Positions 15,820 to 22,772 of a DNA stretch of 32,000 nt are shown here, piece by piece. A program made the translations under genes and the position numbers. The stretch's first letter is position 1; every line of letters begins with the position of its first letter. The notes under the pieces were generated by a model. The model saw nothing but the letters and a program-made list of their open reading frames with translations. It was not told the DNA's origin and searched no databases. Source of the DNA: Psychrobacter sp. DM4 (GTDB lineage Bacteria > Pseudomonadota > Gammaproteobacteria > Pseudomonadales > Moraxellaceae); contig NZ_CP195537.1 in NCBI RefSeq assembly GCF_051307035.1, forward strand, positions 1 through 32,000, given 5' to 3'.

Positions 15820-17403
15820 ATGATGAACACCCCTACCTCAGACCCTATTGGCGCAGCATGGCTTATCCGTCATGCAAGCATCGAGCTGGTTTCGCCTTTA
15901 TATGTCAGCAGTAGTATCGGTGGGCGCAGACAAACCTATAAAGACGGTGACGTCATTCATAACGCTTATCAGGAAACCGCGCGTCCACTGGACACAATCA
16001 TTGCGCACTTACAATTTCACATGCGTCATGAAGTACTGAGTTTAGAGTTACTGACTCGTCTGTTTGAGCAGATAGGGGCTGATGATGTACAAGCATGGGT
16101 AAACGCTGAGCCCACAGGCAGCTATGCCCGTAGAATGGCTTTCTTGTATGAATGGCTCATGGGTCAGCAGTTAGCAGTACCGAGTAATTTAGGCGGTAAC
16201 TATGTGGACGCTTTAGATGCTAAGAAGCAGGTTACTTCAAGCCCTGCGCATGTCATCAAGAATGCTCGTTGGCGTATCAATGACAATCTAGCAGGAACCC
16301 GTCATTTCTGTCCGATACTGGTGAAAACAGAGGCCTTTACGCAAGCAGCTGCACTCGATATTGCCACAATGGTTGACAAACTTAACGATGAATTTGGGCA
16401 AGACTTACTGATGCGCGCCTCCGTATGGATGACCCTACGGGAAAGCAAAGCGAGCTTTACTATAGAAGGTGAGGGAAAAGAGTTAAAACGTATTGAACGT
16501 TTTGCCGATGTAATGGCACGGCGTACCGGCAAGGGCGATATTCCGCTTGATCCTGAGTCGCTAGCAGAGTTGCAACAAGAGATACTTGGTAGCAAAACGG
16601 TCATCCAGCAGTATGGCGTCCGTCAATCTCCAGTTTTTGTGTCGCATACTCAGGTCAATGGCTTTAAAGAGATTGTGCACTATATTGCGCCACCTGCTGA
16701 TGACATTGCTGAAAAGCTCAAAGGGTTACAGGCATTTATGGAAAAGACCGAGGGACAATCGGCACTGATACGTAGTGCGGTTGCTTCCTTTGCTTTTGTG
16801 TATATTCATCCGCTAGCGGATGGCAATGGCCGAGTACATCGCTTCCTAATTAACGATGTACTCAGACGCGACCAGATCATTCATGAGCCGATTATCTTAC
16901 CTATATCGCAAGCCATCGCTGAGCATCCCTCAGACCGTCATGCCTATGATAAAATTTTAGACCGTGTATCCGTGCCACTTATGGAGCAAATCCGTGATCA
17001 TTACAGCTTTGATAAACAAGCGATTACTTACCCTGATGGTATTCGCTCAAACTTAAATTTTGGAAATACTCACCTAATTCAACCTGCATGGCGCTTTATG
17101 GATCTAACGCCTCACGTTCAGTACTTATCAGGACTCATTGCTCATGTTATTGAAAAAGAGATGCATAACGAGTCACAGTACCTAAGAAAGCATGACCATG
17201 CACGACTGGCGATAAAAGAGATTGTTGAGATGCCCAACAGCTATGCCGATAGAATCATTCGCAGTATGCTGCAAAATAAGGGTGCTAAAAGTAATAAGTT
17301 ACTTAAGGATTATCCATTTTTAACAAATGATGAGGTTTGGGACGATATTTTCTCTGTCGTTGTAGAGACCTTTAAAGATGAGACAGATGAATTGAATAGG
17401 TAG
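15820..17403 (+). CDS. Fic/DOC-family protein (class II, internal inhibitory helix)
   Basis: The Fic motif HPLADGNGRVHR lies at 16807-16842 (aa 330-341). The alpha-inh-type motif SFTIEG lies at 16453-16470 (aa 212-217), N-terminal of the core. Confidence 0.85.
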   Translation: MMNTPTSDPIGAAWLIRHASIELVSPLYVSSSIGGRRQTYKDGDVIHNAYQETARPLDTIIAHLQFHMRHEVLSLELLTRLFEQIGADDVQAWVNAEPTGSYARRMAFLYEWLMGQQLAVPSNLGGNYVDALDAKKQVTSSPAHVIKNARWRINDNLAGTRHFCPILVKTEAFTQAAALDIATMVDKLNDEFGQDLLMRASVWMTLRESKASFTIEGEGKELKRIERFADVMARRTGKGDIPLDPESLAELQQEILGSKTVIQQYGVRQSPVFVSHTQVNGFKEIVHYIAPPADDIAEKLKGLQAFMEKTEGQSALIRSAVASFAFVYIHPLADGNGRVHRFLINDVLRRDQIIHEPIILPISQAIAEHPSDRHAYDKILDRVSVPLMEQIRDHYSFDKQAITYPDGIRSNLNFGNTHLIQPAWRFMDLTPHVQYLSGLIAHVIEKEMHNESQYLRKHDHARLAIKEIVEMPNSYADRIIRSMLQNKGAKSNKLLKDYPFLTNDEVWDDIFSVVVETFKDETDELNR

Positions 17404-17623
17404 AACAGACCCTGCTATATGCAAGAAAATCTGCCTTGATAATCAAGCTTAAGCTAGTATCAGTATCATCGTTGCGATAATGATTCGTTTATAAAAGATT
17501 CGGCTAAAATACTGTAACTTGAAACGTAATCAATATTTTTCTTACTTAAACAGAATATATTAGAGGAACTTTGATAACAGACCATTTTTATTTGACAAGG
17601 TTATTACAGATCCTCAAAATAAT

Positions 17624-17818
17624 TTTGAGTATTTGAGTATTTGAGTATTTGAGTATTTGAGTATTTGAGTATTTGAGTATTTGAGTATTTGAGTATTTGA
17701 GTATTTGAGTATTTGAGTATTTGAGTATTTGAGTATTTGAGTATTTGAGTATTTGAGTATTTGAGTATTTGAGTATTTGAGTATTTGAGTATTTGAGTAT
17801 TTGAGTATTTGAGTATTT
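17624..17818 (-). repeat. Perfect 24-copy 8-bp tandem array (minus-strand reading ACTCAAAT); candidate second centromere-like site
   Basis: GAGT occurs at 17627 and then every 8 bp to 17811 (24 boxes) with no mismatch seen. On the minus strand these are ACTC boxes with AAAT spacers. Confidence 0.95.
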
Positions 17819-17824
17819 ATTTAG

Positions 17825-18415
17825 CTATACAGCTATCAAATGACGCGAGCACTTAGCTGTAGCTTGTATTTCAGAATAACTACGCCCAGATTTCAGAAGG
17901 CTAGCGATAATCTTACGCTTCTCGGTATCTTTCCTACGTCCTGAATATTTACTTTCTACCTTAGTACGAGAAATACCTTACATCTGACGGTTACGTCGAT
18001 CTTCATAGTCCTTTCTAGCAATAGCAGCGAGCATATCAAGCATCATCGAATTAATGGACTGTAATACGCTGCTCATAAATTCAGTGCTGCTCTCAGATTG
18101 AGGCGTCATATAAGAGGTCGGTAGCTCTTCTGATACTACCGCCAGCTTCTTTTCTAATAGCATTCTTTTGAGAGTATCCCAATCAGCTTGGTTTAAACGT
18201 GCTAAGCGGTCAATCTGCTCAACCAAATTATATCGCCTTCATGGGCATCATTTATCAGTTACATTAACTGTGGACGTATTAAAGTTGCGTCTGACTCGTT
18301 TTCAACATAGAAGGCGGCAATTTTGTGACCATGATCAGCAGCAAGCTATATGAGCTCACTTTTGGCACGCTTGGCATCTTGATCTTTGATTGGCGCTCTA
18401 TGCTCTGATAAACAT
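17825..18415 (-). pseudogene. Decayed serine resolvase gene
   Basis: The reverse-strand reading gives, in order:
- MFIRA, then a frameshift.
- APIKDQDAKRAKSELI, then TAG.
- LAADHGHKIAAFYVENESDATLIRPQLM, then TAA.
- LINDAHEGDII, then a 1-nt frameshift in a T-run.
- LVEQIDRLARL...YEDRRNRQM, then TAA (17978-17980).
- GISRTKVESKYSGRR...SYSEIQATAKCSRHLIAV, then the stop at 17825-17827.
This is colinear with the 14920 resolvase at roughly 30% identity by eye. Confidence 0.8.
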
Positions 18416-18428
18416 AAACACCTAAAAT

Positions 18429-18475
18429 AGTCTGTTATAAGTAGTTCCATTATTGCAGTCTATTATAAGTAGACT
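18429..18475. promoter_or_regulatory. Direct 16-bp repeats upstream of the resolvase pseudogene (candidate relic res/operator)
   Basis: AGTCTGTTATAAGTAG (18429-18444) and AGTCTATTATAAGTAG (18457-18472) lie 28 bp apart. The second extends to the near-palindrome AGTCTATTATAAGTAGACT. Confidence 0.3.
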
Positions 18476-18790
18476 GTTAATTGATTAAGAGACCTGTTTT
18501 GATAGTGCCCCTGGGGTATACCCTACGATAACAGGAAAGCCATCGCGGATGACAAAACCTGTTTAGCTTTTAAACAAAACGGGTTTGTCGATAGTATGTA
18601 AGATAAGTTCGAAAAGTAACTGGAGTGTGAGACTATTCATACTGGGTCTGAATTAAAGTTTTATTGTGATTAATTTCTGCTCAATGTTATTCATTTGTCG
18701 CCACGATGAGTGATGGCGGCTTGTGATTTAGTTAGGAAAAATAATCTTGAGTAATAAGATACGTTTGTGGCATTTATAGCAGAGCTTGTT

Positions 18791-19153
18791 CTAGGCTTCT
18801 TTACTTACATTTTCCTGCAAGTTCTTTTTTAGTAAATGATCGAATATAAATGGGCCAAAAGGTAAGAGTGAGCCGAGTACGCCCGCAGGTATTGCCCAAA
18901 GAGGCATTTTCATTTTGATAGCTGAGCCTATAAGTATTATGATATAGGTAATAAACAACATACCGTGTGCCATACCGATGTATTTCACACCTTCTGGAAT
19001 GTCCATCATATATTTTAGTGGCATGGCGATGAAGAGCAATAATAAGAAAGAGGTGCCTTCTAGATAGCCTATAAGGGTAAGACTTTTTAACGCTGTCTCT
19101 TGTTTTTTTCTAAGGCTGTGAATTTTTTCAATAGTTGGCTGAGTCTGTGACAC
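18791..19153 (-). CDS. DUF3817-like small integral membrane protein
   Basis: IGYLEGTSFLLLLFIAMPLKY followed by GMAHGMLFITY is the pattern I associate with DUF3817, and there are 3-4 hydrophobic helices. GTG start at 19151-19153 lies 7 nt after AAGGA. Confidence 0.65.
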   Translation of the reverse strand: MSQTQPTIEKIHSLRKKQETALKSLTLIGYLEGTSFLLLLFIAMPLKYMMDIPEGVKYIGMAHGMLFITYIIILIGSAIKMKMPLWAIPAGVLGSLLPFGPFIFDHLLKKNLQENVSKEA

Positions 19154-19398
19154 TGTATTTTCCTTTTGTTATTATCAATAAAGAATTTATGGATTATTCA
19201 ATGTCTCTATAATAATGGCTCTACGCAGAGCTTTTAAGTATTGAGTTTTAAGACCTAAAATGAGTGAGTACCTATACCAGTCATACATTACCTTCCAGTT
19301 CACATTTTATAAACATACTCAAGTATAAAAAGTATTTTTCCGTATAGAGTGAATACGACGCTAGTTCATTTTGTTTGTGATAATCGGTATCAATGTGC

Positions 19399-20106
19399 TT
19401 ATTTATTACGCTTACTTTCTAAAAATATCATGTCAATTATAATCAATGCGACACCGACACAGACACCTATATCTGCAACATTGAAAAGAGGATAATTCCA
19501 GACATCAGCATAATGCACATGGATAAAGTCAACCACTTTACCAATTCTTAAACGATCGATTAAGTTGCCAATCGCACCACCAAGCATTAAGGCCAACCCC
19601 ATAGATAATAGCTTGGCTGCACGTGGCGCTTTGATTAAATAAACCGTTAAAAAGATAGCCATTACAAAAGCTAAGCCTGAGAAAAACCATTTCTGCCAAC
19701 CGCCAGCATTGGCTAAAAAGCTAAATGCTGCCCCATAGTTATAAGCGAGTGTCCAGTTGAGAAATGGTTCAATGACCGGTACGGGGTCATTGAACGCTAA
19801 TGTGGTTTGGGCCAACCACTTAGTCCATTGATCAAGTATTAATACCATTATCGCCAACAAATACCAGATAAAAGCGCGACTGCCATTGGCAACCATTTTT
19901 GGCATTTTGTCCAACTTATCTTTAGGTGTTATTGAGTTGCCTGAAGTCACGTACATAGCTTTAGGCGTATGATTTATGGTTTTAGAGTCAATCGATTGAT
20001 GAGTACTACTCACAGCTATAGGTACCTTCTTGTCAGCAATATTAGTACTAGCCGATTCAACGCTATTCAATTTAGTACTATCTAATCTGTCGGTAGATTC
20101 AGTCAT
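19399..20106 (-). CDS. lspA: Lipoprotein signal peptidase II with ~67-aa hydrophilic N-terminal extension
   Basis: LspA blocks are present: LDQWTKWLA, NYGAAFSFL, GGAIGNLIDRL, GKVVDFI, FNVADI. The long start at 20104-20106 has AAGGAAA 7 nt upstream. Internal ATGs at 19905 and 19896 would give a canonical ~168-aa protein but lack a good SD. Confidence 0.85.
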   Translation of the reverse strand: MTESTDRLDSTKLNSVESASTNIADKKVPIAVSSTHQSIDSKTINHTPKAMYVTSGNSITPKDKLDKMPKMVANGSRAFIWYLLAIMVLILDQWTKWLAQTTLAFNDPVPVIEPFLNWTLAYNYGAAFSFLANAGGWQKWFFSGLAFVMAIFLTVYLIKAPRAAKLLSMGLALMLGGAIGNLIDRLRIGKVVDFIHVHYADVWNYPLFNVADIGVCVGVALIIIDMIFLESKRNK

Positions 20107-20247
20107 AGTTGTTTCCTTTATCTATGTTTATACAATGAACAATGTTAAACGTATATGTTTTTGGTATACGATTATTAATCGCGCCACTTTCATAAACGGC
20201 TCCACTTACCGCTCTGGTATTATGAAACTTACGGTAATAATTTTTTA

Positions 20248-21528
20248 TTAGGGAATCTGTTGATTGATTTCAACATTAACCTGAGTCTGTTCAACGCTAA
20301 TCATTATAGGATTACCCGATAAGTCGCCTGATTCTGCTATGGCATTACCGCTATGACTAATACGAGCAACGACTGCTAACTGAGTTTTGTCACTACGAGC
20401 TGAATTTAACGTGCGATCTGGCATCATCGCATCAAGATTGCTTAAGCGGATACTAGCCTCACCTTGCTTGATAATACTAATGGGTAAACGTTTGGCGGCA
20501 AACGGAGGGCCCCCTTTCACATCACGTATCGCTACAAACAACACATCATCAGCTTTCACTAACGGTAATAAATTAGCGTTAATTTTCACTGTCACGTCAA
20601 TACCTTCTAGCGCTTGCTTTTCTTGCGTGCTAACGTAGTTGCTTAACTCATCTAAGCTTGCTAAAGCTTTAGTATGATCACCTGGTTTGGCCACAATGCT
20701 GCCTTGTAAGCGTTTAATCCAACCTTGCGCTTGGGCAAAGTTACTACTACGAGTCTCACCCATTGCCATGAGCATTTGAGCCCGTTCATGCTGCGGATTC
20801 TTAGCTAATATAGCTTGTAATAGACGGCGAATATTGGCGTCTAACTGACCTTCATTAACAAAAAAACTAGTCTGAGCATAAGTAGTAGCAATCTCCTCGT
20901 TATCAGGTGCTAAACGATAGGCACGCGATAAGGCTTCTAACGCAGAGTCAGTCGCCTCCATCGATAAGAAAAGTTCAGATAGGCGCATCCAGCGATTAGG
21001 ATCATCAGCGTTACGATGGACGTTGGTCTGCATAGCGCTAATCAACTGACGACCGTTTTCAGTCGCCCACTTTGGTGGCTTATCAATCTTAGCCGTCAAT
21101 AGGTCATCAGCCACTTGTCCTACTTTGTCCTCGCTTGTCCACAAATCAAACACGGGCGTACGATTGCCTATTAGTAAGTACGCCATTGCAGCCAATATTG
21201 GGATCCAAGCTGCGACAATTAAACGGCTTTTGACATCAGGGGTGACCATAGGTGTTATCTGACGCTGCGCATCTAATAGCTGACGCTCAAGCTCCAGCTT
21301 TTGATTTTGATAATGGCTATTATTAATAGTACCGCTGTCTTTATCTGTTTGTAGCTCAGCTAAACGTTCGCGAAATACTGCAACATTAATATCTAGCAGT
21401 TGATTGTCTATTGGTTTGGACTGCAAACGCGGTGCTCGTAGCCATGGCATAATAGCAATTAGCGCAAATATAAGAGCAATCAGCAAGCTTAGAGCTACAA
21501 ATAAGCCAAAAGTAGAAAATAGGGTCAT
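20248..21528 (-). CDS. ccmI: Cytochrome c biogenesis protein CcmI (TPR-containing)
   Basis: It has an N-terminal membrane anchor, a charged linker, a second TM and then TPR-like repeats (ALEALSRAYRLAPDNEE, LLQAILAKNPQHERAQ). Its ATG overlaps the ccmH stop (ATGA at 21525-21528). Confidence 0.75.
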   Translation of the reverse strand: MTLFSTFGLFVALSLLIALIFALIAIMPWLRAPRLQSKPIDNQLLDINVAVFRERLAELQTDKDSGTINNSHYQNQKLELERQLLDAQRQITPMVTPDVKSRLIVAAWIPILAAMAYLLIGNRTPVFDLWTSEDKVGQVADDLLTAKIDKPPKWATENGRQLISAMQTNVHRNADDPNRWMRLSELFLSMEATDSALEALSRAYRLAPDNEEIATTYAQTSFFVNEGQLDANIRRLLQAILAKNPQHERAQMLMAMGETRSSNFAQAQGWIKRLQGSIVAKPGDHTKALASLDELSNYVSTQEKQALEGIDVTVKINANLLPLVKADDVLFVAIRDVKGGPPFAAKRLPISIIKQGEASIRLSNLDAMMPDRTLNSARSDKTQLAVVARISHSGNAIAESGDLSGNPIMISVEQTQVNVEINQQIP

Positions 21529-22094
21529 TTTTTGTCCTCTATGCTAGTAATATCGTGGTCGACATTCTTAGCTTGCGATAATAGACGATCAAGCTCAGCC
21601 TTTTCCGCAGAGGTCAAGGCAGCAGTACTGTTCACTGTAACGCCGTTTTGGCCACGGGCGACAACTTGGCGGCGTTTACTTTGCCAAAACCAGCCGATGA
21701 TTAAGACGAGCAATAATAGTGGTGGAAAAAACCATAGGATCCATGTCGATGGTCGCATAGGCGGCTTGTAGCTAATAAAGTCACCGTAGCGCTCTTGCAT
21801 ATAGGCGCGTATTTCAGCATCACTACGTCTATCTTTAATTAAATCATAGACTTTTTGCTTTAGATCCTGTGCAATCGGTGCATCAGAGCCTGCAAGGTTT
21901 TGATTTTGGCATTTTGGGCAGCGAAACTCTTCTATTAATCCACGATACTGAGCTTCTTGCTGTGGTGAGTCAAAATCGTATACGTCAATAGCTGCGTTTG
22001 CCGTCATGTTAAGCAGACACGCTAGTATTAAGCTTGCTAGTTTTAAAACTATATTGAGTTTTAGTTGAGGAGCTCTTATTCGAGTAACGTTCAT
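21525..22094 (-). CDS. ccmH: Cytochrome c biogenesis protein CcmH
   Basis: Contains FRCPKCQNQNLAGSDAPIAQDL (the CxxC motif of CcmH/CycL), a signal sequence and a C-terminal TM. The track start at 22100 is GTG. I prefer the ATG at 22092-22094, 8 nt after GAGGAG. Confidence 0.85.
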   Translation of the reverse strand: MNVTRIRAPQLKLNIVLKLASLILACLLNMTANAAIDVYDFDSPQQEAQYRGLIEEFRCPKCQNQNLAGSDAPIAQDLKQKVYDLIKDRRSDAEIRAYMQERYGDFISYKPPMRPSTWILWFFPPLLLLVLIIGWFWQSKRRQVVARGQNGVTVNSTAALTSAEKAELDRLLSQAKNVDHDITSIEDKK

Positions 22095-22147
22095 TTGCAC
22101 ATCTCCTCAACCTGAATGAGATCAGGACTATCGTTGTTCTTATTAGC

Positions 22148-22185
22148 CTCATTAAGTACGGTCAGGCTCATTAAGTACGGTCAGG
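22148..22185. repeat. 19-bp perfect tandem duplication at the 3' end of ccmG
   Basis: CTCATTAAGTACGGTCAGG occurs at 22148-22166 and again at 22167-22185. Confidence 0.95.
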
Positions 22186-22772
22186 CACGGCTTAACACGC
22201 TGTTGCCAATTGGCTTCATTAATCTCACCAACAATATGCTGACGAATGATGCCATCTCCATCCACAACAAAGGTTTCGGGCGCACCAGTTATGCCTAAGT
22301 CTAGAGCAAACTGACCTAATGAATCCTGAATAGACATAGAAAATGGATCACCGCCTCGGTTTAAGTAACTGAGCGCATTACCAATCTCATCCTTATAATT
22401 CACACCAACGATATCAACGCCACGCTCTTCTAATTGCATTAAAAACGGGTGCTCAATAACGCAAGTTGGGCACCACGAGCCCCAAACATTAATTAAAAAC
22501 GGCTTATCCGGCAAATTATCATTGGTGATAGTACGGGTAGTATCTGCTAATAAAGGCAGCTCAAAGGTAGGAACTGGGCGCTCAAGAGCGGTATTGGTCA
22601 CAATATTTGTTGGTTTACCTAAGCGCATATACAATATCACTACTAATCCAAAAAAGAGGATAAGCGGAATTAAGAACCATAGCTTCGTCTGCTTTTTTTT
22701 CATTGTCTTTGGGTTACGCTGCTTACTGTTTTGGCTATCTTTTTGCTCAGGAGTATTATTCGACATAGTCAT
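22152..22772 (-). CDS. ccmG: Thiol:disulfide oxidoreductase CcmG/DsbE
   Basis: Contains VWGSWCPTC (thioredoxin CxxC) and GVTGAPETFVVD-type GAPETF, with an N-terminal membrane anchor. It starts directly after the ccmF stop (TAAATG). Confidence 0.85.
   Translation of the reverse strand: MTMSNNTPEQKDSQNSKQRNPKTMKKKQTKLWFLIPLILFFGLVVILYMRLGKPTNIVTNTALERPVPTFELPLLADTTRTITNDNLPDKPFLINVWGSWCPTCVIEHPFLMQLEERGVDIVGVNYKDEIGNALSYLNRGGDPFSMSIQDSLGQFALDLGITGAPETFVVDGDGIIRQHIVGEINEANWQQRVKPCLTVLNEPDRT

Noticed and set aside
15147-16768. ORFs 15147-15341 (-), 15848-16039 (+), 16302-16604 (-) and 16586-16768 (+)
   Set aside because: They overlap the resolvase and fic coding frames and have no independent support.
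18168-18353. Plus-strand ORF 18168-18353 (61 aa)
   Set aside because: It lies opposite the decayed resolvase gene, whose reverse-strand homology explains the region.
20030-20251. Plus-strand ORF 20030-20251 bridging the lspA 5' end and the ccmI 3' end
   Set aside because: It is antisense to lspA at its start, has no SD and no recognisable features.
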